Source of the DNA: Rhodothermales bacterium
Lineage (GTDB): Bacteria; Bacteroidota; Rhodothermia; Rhodothermales; UBA10348
DNA: 64,000 nucleotides
Assembly: GCA_040221055.1 (NCBI GenBank)
Contig: JAVJVN010000009.1
Coordinates: 32,257-96,256 of the forward strand
Reading direction: 5' to 3'
The notes under the pieces are model-generated. The model was not told the origin of the DNA, did no database searches, and was given only the letters and a program-made list of their open reading frames with translations. Below, piece by piece: positions 52,677 through 60,452 of the stretch. Every line of letters begins with the position of its first letter. The stretch's first letter is position 1. The translations under genes and the position numbers were made by a program.

Positions 52677-55490
52677 GTCGATGAACGTGAAATCGGAGCG
52701 CCATTCCCGGTCCTCGAATCGATAGGCCCATCGCCATTGCAGATCAAGGGCCACGACGTGAGCCAGGCGGGTTTCCAGACCCAAGCCGAATCCGGCGGAT
52801 CCGAAGTGCCGATCCCATGCCCGGAGATCATGCAATCGTTCCGTGAACCCGAACAGGTAGGCCATTTTCATGAATACGGGTATCGTGACAAACCCATTGT
52901 CCACGAACCATACCGGTTGCCGGACCTCCATCCCGTATTGCAGGAAATCGCCCGACCCGACGAAACCGTCTTCCCAACCCCGCGGACGGAAACCATCCAG
53001 ATTGAAAACCGATGCTACGTTCTGGTGCAGGATGCCGGACGTCAGGCGGATCCCCGTATTGGTTCGTCCCCCGATGGGCACGTACTGGTCCAATCGGGAA
53101 ATCCAGGCTTTCCTTTTAGGAAATCGTTTGGCTTCCAGATCAAACTCCCCTATCCAGCGCAGGACGGTTCCGGATCGGGGAATGATATCCCTCGGATTCT
53201 GCTGGATCCGCCAGGAAAACGTGGCCGACGGAGTAAATGACCAGCGTGAAAAGGCATCGGTGATCTGTCGAAGATCATCATCCAGGATCCGATCGGTCCG
53301 ATGCGAAACAAACAGGCCGAGGCGCGCAGAGGACTGCGAAACATTCTGGCGGAATACCCGGGGGATCACGATGCCCGCCGAAGCGGACAATCGGTCACGG
53401 ATGGCCCGGCGGGCCTGACCCTGGTTGTCCAGCGCTTGGATGGTTTCGGGACGTCTCGAGAACCGGAGCGTCGGAAATACGGCCCCGGCACTCGTACTGA
53501 CTCCGGTCGTACCCCAGGGCCGTCCATTCTGGATGAACACCTCTCCGTACCAACTCACCTTCTGGAGCGGATCGGTGCCGTGGAAGCCCAACCCGGCACC
53601 GACACCCAACCGAGCATCTGCGTCGCGATCTCTTTCCACGGCTGGATACAGGACTGGAAATACGGACCGGAAGGTCAGATTCCGGAACGTGGAATAAGGC
53701 CTGGAAGGAAGGTCTGCGTAGGACCCGATTTGCAAGGCCGCATTTTCGACTCGTCCTTCCGGCCAATCCACAAGTGACGCAAGCGTGCCCAATTCGAGCC
53801 ATTTTTCCGGTTGGACGCGGTCAATCACCAGATCGAAGCGTTCGTCCCTGTATACGACATAGGCCAGACGACGGCCATCCGGTGAAAAGGATGGTTCCAT
53901 GGCTGCGTACACGTCATCCGTGACCCTGAAAATGCGACCGTCATCCATCCGGAGAGCATGGACCTGCAGCGTGCCCGAAAGGTCGGCCGTGAACAGGAGC
54001 CATTCTCCGTCCGCACTCCACGATGCATCGTAAATGCTGGCGTTGCGGAATCCGAACCACGGCCGGAACTGGCCGTCCCATGCCAGGAACAGGCCTTGCT
54101 GGCCCTCGAAGTGGGCGACAACGGCGACGGAATCCGAGGCAGGGCGAGGAGCCATCCTCTCCATCCGGACACGGGGCAGGCTAGCCACCGTGCGCGTTGG
54201 GTCATCCAGGGACACGATGTCCGAAAATGCCCCCCGCGTCCGGATGGCCCAGACGCTCCCGTCCCGAACGCGAACCGGATTCAGCGTGTGGTCACTCCCG
54301 GGATGCACGGTCGTATCCCCGTTCCGGTCCACGCTGAATGAGCGGGATGTCCACGCAATGGCCGAGACCGGATGCCGTTCGTACCGGGAATAGTGGACAT
54401 GGCCCGTGTCATCCACGCTGAATACCGCATCCTCACTCGTCTCTTGCACGGTCAGACGTTTTCGCTTGCCACTTTCTGCATCCACCGTGAAAAGACCCCG
54501 TGCCACGTTGTAGGCGAATGCGTACACGAGGACGGTCTTATCATTCAGCCATTGTGGGTTGCGATGCACCAATCCCGTTCGCCCGAATACCGTGGCCCCC
54601 TCGGGATGGACCGGTGTACGGTGTCCATAGGTAGAGTCATACCAGACACGCATCCGGTCCATCTGTGCATCCGGCCAATCGCCCGTGGCCAACCGCATGA
54701 CGGTTCCGAAGCCCATGAACGGGAGGCGCCCCTGCCAAGCCGAGGCCCTCCGTACGGCTTCCGTGCCATAGGTCTGCAGGACAAACTCCGTGTACAGGGT
54801 GCCACCGAGATAGAACCGGTTGAAGGGACGATGGTAGCTCGGTGGCTCCAACATTTGAGCGAGTGTCCATCCGCGGTCCATTCCGGCACGGAACTGCATG
54901 CTGAAGTAGGGGTGATTGAGCCGGCCGCCTCCACGTTCAAACGTACTTTCATGCACAACGGCCAGTCCCTCCAGCCAGCCTTTGGGCATCCACATGTTCA
55001 TGGACCTTGCCAGATCGGGCGCAAACGGCCGGATGAGGGAAGCCATTCCGAAACCATGCCGGGCGTCCGCCTGCACGGCGTGGACCAGTTCATGGGTGGT
55101 TACCAACCGTGTCCAGTTTGAATTCCGCGTAGACAATCCACGTCCGGAAATGGCCGTTGATTCGATTTCGGATTTGAACGGAAACGACGTAACGTAGCCG
55201 TTGCCCCGGTCGTTGTAATCGTTCAGGACCACCGTGAGAGACGGTGGGTGTCCGTCTCCGACCAATGAATCCACCGCACCGAACGTTTCATTCAACGTCC
55301 ACAGCAGTTCCTCTGCCTGCTCGCGCGATCCGTCCTGGAAGATGACGCGCCATGAGGCATGCCGCAGTTCCTGGTAGGTTACACCCGGCGGCCTGTTAAG
55401 GACGTCATAAACGGATATGACCTGGGCGTGCGTACGCCCAAAGGACATCCAGAGCAGAAACAGTAACAGGAAGGTCGTGGCGGTGCGCAT
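52665..55490 (-). CDS. Secreted multidomain protein: MA-clan metallopeptidase-like module + PD40/TolB-like beta-propeller repeats + beta-rich C-terminal region
   Basis: The ORF track runs to 55694 across tRNA-Ser. The usable start is ATG 55490 (MRTATTFLLLFLLWMSFGRTHAQ, signal peptide). HELVH ... PKGWLEGLAVVHES (HExxH plus a downstream Glu, Peptidase_MA_2-like). WSADGEWLLFTAD and SFSPDGRRLAYVVY (PD40-like). The last ~330 aa are rich in beta-dyads. Confidence 0.75.
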   Translation of the reverse strand: MRTATTFLLLFLLWMSFGRTHAQVISVYDVLNRPPGVTYQELRHASWRVIFQDGSREQAEELLWTLNETFGAVDSLVGDGHPPSLTVVLNDYNDRGNGYVTSFPFKSEIESTAISGRGLSTRNSNWTRLVTTHELVHAVQADARHGFGMASLIRPFAPDLARSMNMWMPKGWLEGLAVVHESTFERGGGRLNHPYFSMQFRAGMDRGWTLAQMLEPPSYHRPFNRFYLGGTLYTEFVLQTYGTEAVRRASAWQGRLPFMGFGTVMRLATGDWPDAQMDRMRVWYDSTYGHRTPVHPEGATVFGRTGLVHRNPQWLNDKTVLVYAFAYNVARGLFTVDAESGKRKRLTVQETSEDAVFSVDDTGHVHYSRYERHPVSAIAWTSRSFSVDRNGDTTVHPGSDHTLNPVRVRDGSVWAIRTRGAFSDIVSLDDPTRTVASLPRVRMERMAPRPASDSVAVVAHFEGQQGLFLAWDGQFRPWFGFRNASIYDASWSADGEWLLFTADLSGTLQVHALRMDDGRIFRVTDDVYAAMEPSFSPDGRRLAYVVYRDERFDLVIDRVQPEKWLELGTLASLVDWPEGRVENAALQIGSYADLPSRPYSTFRNLTFRSVFPVLYPAVERDRDADARLGVGAGLGFHGTDPLQKVSWYGEVFIQNGRPWGTTGVSTSAGAVFPTLRFSRRPETIQALDNQGQARRAIRDRLSASAGIVIPRVFRQNVSQSSARLGLFVSHRTDRILDDDLRQITDAFSRWSFTPSATFSWRIQQNPRDIIPRSGTVLRWIGEFDLEAKRFPKRKAWISRLDQYVPIGGRTNTGIRLTSGILHQNVASVFNLDGFRPRGWEDGFVGSGDFLQYGMEVRQPVWFVDNGFVTIPVFMKMAYLFGFTERLHDLRAWDRHFGSAGFGLGLETRLAHVVALDLQWRWAYRFEDREWRSDFTFIDSIP

Positions 55491-55572
55491 GGTGCACTGA
55501 ATATAGCGGCCCTCGGCAATACAACACGGCACAACAGATGTTCGAACGTCTGACCGAACCAATGGGAACGGC

Positions 55573-55618
55573 CAAAAATACATGTGCCCCGGCAGTCTGG
55601 AAGGCTGCCGGGGCACAT
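55573..55618 (-). terminator. Rho-independent terminator after tRNA-Ser
   Basis: Perfect 14-bp stem ATGTGCCCCGGCAG (55582-55595) / CTGCCGGGGCACAT (55605-55618) with a 9-nt loop. On the minus strand it is followed by GTATTTTTGG (complement of 55572-55581). Confidence 0.7.
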
Positions 55619-55620
55619 TG

Positions 55621-55708
55621 CGGAGGGGGAGGGATTCGAACCCTCGGTACCCCATAAGGGTACAACGGTTTTCGAGACCGCCCCGTTCGACCACTCCGGC
55701 ACCCCTCC
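55621..55708 (-). tRNA. tRNA-Ser (anticodon CGA)
   Basis: Reverse complement GGAGGGGTGCCGGAGTGGTCGAACGGGGCGGTCTCGAAAACCGTTGTACCCTTATGGGGTACCGAGGGTTCGAATCCCTCCCCCTCCG. Acceptor GGAGGGG/CCCCTCC, anticodon loop CTCGAAA, long variable arm, T-arm GAGGG-TTCGAAT-CCCTC. Confidence 0.92.
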
Positions 55709-55727
55709 TGAAGCGGACAGAAAGGAA

Positions 55728-55756
55728 AATGTACTCCGACTCCGGCCCGCGATCAA
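55728..55756 (-). promoter_or_regulatory. Candidate sigma-70-type promoter for tRNA-Ser
   Basis: On the minus strand: TTGATC (55756-55751), a 17-nt spacer, then TACATT (55733-55728), 19 nt upstream of the tRNA 5' end (55708). This is a pattern match only. Confidence 0.4.
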
Positions 55757-55793
55757 TCCGCGTCCGGTTAAAACTATGTTGATACGATAGGGC

Positions 55794-56540
55794 TCATCCT
55801 TTCGTATGCGCTGCGGCGGCCATTTCGGCGATGTAGGAAGACGCGCCATCATCTTCTATGGCGTTGCCTACGACAATGAAACCCGCGCCGGCATCCACCC
55901 TTTCCCGAACGGAAACCGGAGTGCGGAGTCCGCCGCCCACTACGATCGGTGAAGTGCAAACTTCCCTGATGGCCTGGATCATTTCCGTGGGGACCGGATG
56001 TTCCGCTCCCGATCCCCCATCGGTGTACATGAGTTGCATGCCCATCATTTCAGCAGCCAGCGCGGTTGCCGCGGCTACGTCCGGTTTGGATCGGGGCAAC
56101 GGCAACGACTGATTCATGTATTGGGCCGTGGTCAGTAGGCCGCTTTCCACCAGCATGTATGCCGTTGGAATGGTTTCCAGCTTCATCTGGCGAATGAGCG
56201 GTGCGGCGTGGACGTGCTGACCGAACAGGTATTCCGGATTCCGTCCGCTGACAATGGACAGGTACAGCAGCGCATCGTAGGCCGGCGTCAGTTGTGAAAC
56301 GGCACCCGGAAACCCGATGGCCGGCAGTTCCGTGAAGCTTTTCAGCTGACGCACGAACGCGTCCACGACCGGTGCGTGAACAAGGCTTCCCCCGACAAAA
56401 AACGCGTCTACTCCAGCCCGCGTGCACGCCTCAACCCGAGTGCCCAGCTCATTACCACGGAACTTGTCAGGGTCCAGGAGGACAATGAACGCCGATCCGC
56501 GCCGTACCGAAACGTCTTTCAGGTGATTGAATATGGTCAT
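55794..56540 (-). CDS. Geranylgeranylglyceryl/heptaprenylglyceryl phosphate synthase family protein (PcrB/GGGPS)
   Basis: 248 aa. FIVLLDPDK, DAFFVGGS, MYTDGGSGAEHPVPTEMIQAIREVCTSPIVVGGGLRTPVSVRERVDAGAGFIVVGNAIEDD parallels B. subtilis PcrB (...YLEYSG...LFYGGGI...ADVIVVGNAVYED). ATG 56540 overlaps the alaS stop (ATGA). Confidence 0.85.
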   Translation of the reverse strand: MTIFNHLKDVSVRRGSAFIVLLDPDKFRGNELGTRVEACTRAGVDAFFVGGSLVHAPVVDAFVRQLKSFTELPAIGFPGAVSQLTPAYDALLYLSIVSGRNPEYLFGQHVHAAPLIRQMKLETIPTAYMLVESGLLTTAQYMNQSLPLPRSKPDVAAATALAAEMMGMQLMYTDGGSGAEHPVPTEMIQAIREVCTSPIVVGGGLRTPVSVRERVDAGAGFIVVGNAIEDDGASSYIAEMAAAAHTKG

Positions 56541-59374
56541 GATTTCAACAATGTGCGCACTTCCGTCGCCACGGCGACAAGAGCAAATTCCAGAGCCTCC
56601 GGATTCTTGCCACCGGCGGTGGCAAATCCCGGTCGTCCTCCTCCCCCGCCTCCTACCATCCTGGCGAGCGTGCCGACAAGTTTGCCGGCCTGTATGCCAC
56701 GGGCAATCACGTCATCGGATACCGAGCAGGCCAGATAGACCTTCTCTTCCGTGGCATCCTTCGTGCCGAATACCGTTACCGTACCCCCACCGAGTTCTTC
56801 GCGAAGGGATTCGGCAACGGAACGAAGCGCCTCCATTCCGGAGTCGGGCAACTGTCCGGAGATGACACGCACGCCATCCACCTCGGTGGCATTTCCCACC
56901 ATAGTCATGGCCTGCGTGTGCAATCCCGATACCTGCAGCTGCTCCAGATCCCGCTCCAATTGCCGGGTTCGATCCTGCAGGGCGGCAACTTCTTCGTGTA
57001 CCGGGCGCTGGAGCGCTTTGAATCGGTCGCGCACGCGTTGCAATTCCTCCAATTCCTCCGTCATCCACCTGAGCGCATCCATCCCGGCTACGGCTTCCAC
57101 CCTACGGACGCCCGCGGCCACACTGCCTTCGTTGCGGAACCGGAACAGCCCGATATCGCCTGTAGCATCCACATGCGTTCCACCACACAGCTCCACCGAC
57201 CATGCGCGGTCAAACGTAATGATTCGTACCGTTTCCCCGTACTTCTCTCCGAACAAGGCCGTGGCTCCACGTTCCAGGGCCTGGGCGATAGGCACGTCCC
57301 TGTCCTCCCCTCGCTTGATATTCTGTTGGATGACCTCGTTCACGCGGCGTTCGACCCATGTCAGATCCTCGTCTGACATCCGCTCGAAATGCGAAAAATC
57401 AAAACGCAGATGATCGGGAGCCACGAGCGACCCCTTCTGGGCAACATGATCACCAAGTCGTTCTTTCAGCGCAGCATGCAACAGATGGGTCACGGAGTGG
57501 TGCTTGGCAATTCGCGACCTGCGATCGGCGTCCACCCGGGCGATGACCGGTTCCCGGGGCTCACCCGGCAGCCGATCCACGAAATGGACAATCTGTTCTG
57601 CGGCCTTCCGGGTATCCAGGACCCGAAGCACATCCCCACCCACATCCAGCGTTCCCGTGTCCCCCACCTGGCCTCCCGATTCCGCATAGAACGGAGTCCT
57701 GTCCAGGATGACCTGGTGTACCTGCTGTCCTTCCGTGCCGGCAACCGTACGCATGCTCCGGATGGCTGCACCCGATTCTTCCAAGGTGCCATACCCGGTG
57801 AACACGGATGAGGCACCGCTACTCACGCGGACCCAATCGTCGTCCCCGCTCATATCGACCTTGAAGGAGGATGCCGAGCGCGCCCGCTCCTTCTGCTCCG
57901 TCATGTGCGTCTCGTATGCCTCCATGTCCACGTCCAACCCGGCCTCACGGGCCATGAGCTGGGTAAGGTCGATCGGGAAGCCGTAGGTGTCGTGAAGCAG
58001 GAAGGCGATTGCCCCCGGAATCCGCCCTCCTTCAGCATCCGCAACGAACCGATCCGTACGCTCCGTCCGCGTGCCGGAATGGCCATAGGCCGGCTCCAGC
58101 AACTCTTGGAGAGCGCGTTCCTCGAGGATGTCTGTGCGGGCCTTCTGTGCTCCATGTTCACGGATGCTTGCCACGGCTGGTGCCACGAGTTCAAAGTACT
58201 GGATACCGGTGCCCAGCGTTTCCAGGAAACTCTCCTCCTCTGCCCGGACGACCCGCCGGATATAATCCCGCTGCTTGACCAATTCCGGGAATGCGGTCCC
58301 CATGACAGCCTCTACGGAATCCAGGACATGGCACAGTACGGGTTCACGGAATCCCAGCGTCTGATATCCATAGCGGACGGCACGTCTCAGAATCCTTCGG
58401 ATGACATATCCCCGTCCGGCATTGGACGGCATGACGCCATCGGCTACCGCAAATCCGATGGTACGCACATGGTCCGCCATGACACGCAACGCAATCTGCA
58501 AGCGAGCCCCGTCTTCCAACATGCTCGCGGACACATAGGTATCCAGTCCTTGAACGGGCGCCCGCTTTGCCAGATCGTCAAGGATGGGAAGGAACAAGTC
58601 CGTGTCGTAATTGCTCGTTTTCTGCTGAAGAACAGCGACCACACGTTCAAAGCCCATGCCGGTGTCCACATGCTTCGCCTTCAGCGGTTTGAGCGAACCG
58701 TCGGATTGTGCATTGTACTGGATGAACACCAGGTTCCAGATTTCCATGACCCTGGGATCATCCATGTTCACCAGCGAAGCCCCGGGAGTACGGGCACGTT
58801 CATCATCGGTACGGAGATCGATGTGGATCTCCGAGCACGGTCCGCACGGACCGGTATCTCCCATCATCCAGAAATTGTCCTTCGAGCCACAGTAAAGGAC
58901 GTGGTCCGGGGAAATCCCTGTGACAGTCTTCCACAATTCCGCCGCCTCTTCATCGGGCTCCAATCCCAGCACCGCATCGCCTTCATGGACGGTCACATAC
59001 AGGCGCCCCGGGTCAAGTCCCCAGCGCGTGACCAACAATTCCCAAGCCCACTGGATGGCTTCCTTCTTGAAGTAGTCGCCGAAGCTCCAGTTACCGAGCA
59101 TCTCGAAGAAGGTGTGATGGTAGGTGTCATACCCCACTTCGTCCAGGTCGTTGTGTTTGCCGGAAACCCGAAGACATTTCTGCGTGTCGGCCGCCCGCAC
59201 GTAGGACCGTGATCCTTCTCCCAGGAAAACATCCTTGAACTGGTTCATTCCCGCATTCGTGAACATGAGCGTGGGGTCATTACCCGGAACAAGGGAATCG
59301 CTGGGAACGATGGTGTGCTGTTTCTCTTCGAAAAACGAAAGGAATTCGGCCCGGATTTCGGCGGCGGTCTTCAC
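56537..59374 (-). CDS. alaS: Alanine--tRNA ligase
   Basis: The ORF track extends to ATG 59461. The in-frame GTG 59374 gives (M)KTAAEIRAEFLSFFEEKQHTIVPS, the usual AlaRS N-terminus. FTNAGMNQFK, HHTFFEMLGNWSFGDYFK, editing domain HSVTHLLH...CGGTH, C-terminal DHHA1-like domain. Confidence 0.95.
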   Translation of the reverse strand: MKTAAEIRAEFLSFFEEKQHTIVPSDSLVPGNDPTLMFTNAGMNQFKDVFLGEGSRSYVRAADTQKCLRVSGKHNDLDEVGYDTYHHTFFEMLGNWSFGDYFKKEAIQWAWELLVTRWGLDPGRLYVTVHEGDAVLGLEPDEEAAELWKTVTGISPDHVLYCGSKDNFWMMGDTGPCGPCSEIHIDLRTDDERARTPGASLVNMDDPRVMEIWNLVFIQYNAQSDGSLKPLKAKHVDTGMGFERVVAVLQQKTSNYDTDLFLPILDDLAKRAPVQGLDTYVSASMLEDGARLQIALRVMADHVRTIGFAVADGVMPSNAGRGYVIRRILRRAVRYGYQTLGFREPVLCHVLDSVEAVMGTAFPELVKQRDYIRRVVRAEEESFLETLGTGIQYFELVAPAVASIREHGAQKARTDILEERALQELLEPAYGHSGTRTERTDRFVADAEGGRIPGAIAFLLHDTYGFPIDLTQLMAREAGLDVDMEAYETHMTEQKERARSASSFKVDMSGDDDWVRVSSGASSVFTGYGTLEESGAAIRSMRTVAGTEGQQVHQVILDRTPFYAESGGQVGDTGTLDVGGDVLRVLDTRKAAEQIVHFVDRLPGEPREPVIARVDADRRSRIAKHHSVTHLLHAALKERLGDHVAQKGSLVAPDHLRFDFSHFERMSDEDLTWVERRVNEVIQQNIKRGEDRDVPIAQALERGATALFGEKYGETVRIITFDRAWSVELCGGTHVDATGDIGLFRFRNEGSVAAGVRRVEAVAGMDALRWMTEELEELQRVRDRFKALQRPVHEEVAALQDRTRQLERDLEQLQVSGLHTQAMTMVGNATEVDGVRVISGQLPDSGMEALRSVAESLREELGGGTVTVFGTKDATEEKVYLACSVSDDVIARGIQAGKLVGTLARMVGGGGGGRPGFATAGGKNPEALEFALVAVATEVRTLLKS

Positions 59375-59407
59375 GTGGAGGCTGGAGAAGTTGAATGGAA
59401 TGAAAAC

Positions 59408-59435
59408 GGCCCTTTTCGACGGGGCGAAAACGGCC
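59408..59435 (-). promoter_or_regulatory. Terminator-like stem-loop in the putative alaS leader (or inside the N-terminal ORF extension)
   Basis: Minus strand GGCCGTTTTCG-CCCCGT-CGAAAAGGGCC: 11-bp arms with one mismatch, followed by GTTTTCATTCC, about 33 nt upstream of the candidate GTG start. Confidence 0.3.
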
Positions 59436-59519
59436 GTGGACGACGTTCCGTAGGCTTGCAATATACGTCCGAAGTAACTATTCCGTCACAGGCTGCGTAG
59501 GGACGTCAGAACAAACCGG

Positions 59520-60452
59520 ATGTCCCCCATGCCCTTCATAGCCACCCTTCTGCTCATACTTGTCCCCTTCCTGGAAGGCCCTGCCCAGAACCTGTCTTCG
59601 GACGTCATGATTGACCGTAGCTTCGACGTGCGTCCCGGAGGCGTACTCGACATGGATGTGAACCACAGCGACCTCCTGGTAAAGACGTCCGACAATCAAA
59701 CGGCCCGGGTTCTGGTCCGTCTTGACGGCCGCGACATGTCAAAGGCACGCGATTGGTTCGAGCGCATGGATTTCCAGGTATTTGAATCACCCAATGGCAT
59801 TGTCATCCGTGCCGAACAACCGGAGCGCAGCTGGAACTCCAGGAAAACCGGTGGCGCGAAAATCGGAATCGAAGTCCATCTTCCGAGGAATTTCGACATC
59901 GTTGCCCGGACATCCCATGGGGATGTTGCCATTGGTGACCTCAATGGACGTCTGGAACTGGTGACGTCCCATGGGGATGTGGAACTGGGGCGTCTCGAAG
60001 GCCCCATCATGGATGTGCAGTCGTCCCATGGCGACATCGGGATCGGCTGGATGAGTGCAAACACCATCAGCCTTCGAACCAGCCATGCCGACATCGAGGC
60101 CGTCGACCTGAAAGCCCGAACCATCGAAGCGCGTACCAGTCACGGCAACGTAGAACTGGAACGAACGGATGGTGATCTCAGCATCCGGACGTCCCATGGT
60201 CGCATACATGTCGCCTTGGCACAACATGCCGACGCCGACTTGCGGACAAGTCACGGTGACATCGAGATCGATACCCGGAAGGACCTGGATGCCCGGTTGG
60301 ACCTGAAGGGAGCACGCGCGCGCATATCCTCTTCCCTGGTCTTTGACGGTGAAGTCGGCGAAGATCGGGTCCAGGGACGCGTCGGTCGAGGGACGAACCA
60401 CATTACCGCGAACACGTCCCACGGATCGGTCATACTCAAGACCGCGTGGTAA
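59520..60452 (+). CDS. DUF4097-like beta-strand repeat protein (putative adhesin fold), secreted
   Basis: 310 aa. Signal peptide MSPMPFIATLLLILVPFLEGPAQ. Eight copies of the [ST]SH[GA]x[IV] repeat at roughly 20-residue spacing (RTSHGDVAIG, VTSHGDVELG, QSSHGDIGIG, RTSHADIEAV, RTSHGNVELE, RTSHGRIHVA, RTSHGDIEID, NTSHGSVILK). Confidence 0.85.
   Translation: MSPMPFIATLLLILVPFLEGPAQNLSSDVMIDRSFDVRPGGVLDMDVNHSDLLVKTSDNQTARVLVRLDGRDMSKARDWFERMDFQVFESPNGIVIRAEQPERSWNSRKTGGAKIGIEVHLPRNFDIVARTSHGDVAIGDLNGRLELVTSHGDVELGRLEGPIMDVQSSHGDIGIGWMSANTISLRTSHADIEAVDLKARTIEARTSHGNVELERTDGDLSIRTSHGRIHVALAQHADADLRTSHGDIEIDTRKDLDARLDLKGARARISSSLVFDGEVGEDRVQGRVGRGTNHITANTSHGSVILKTAW

Noticed and set aside
51744-52831. 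Minus-strand ORFs of 289 and 210 aa (plus 50350-50964, 204 aa)
   Set aside because: They are shorter than, and antisense to, the 556-aa and 273-aa plus-strand ORFs. They lack signal peptides or beta-dyad patterns. The strand call is nevertheless flagged for verification in the findings.
55379-55852. 157-aa minus ORF and the N-terminal 68 codons of the track ORF 52665..55694
   Set aside because: Both run through tRNA-Ser (55621-55708) and its terminator. The real protein starts at ATG 55490 with a signal peptide.
57905-59212. 435-aa plus-strand ORF
   Set aside because: It is antisense to alaS (class II aaRS motifs are unambiguous) and has shadow-ORF composition.
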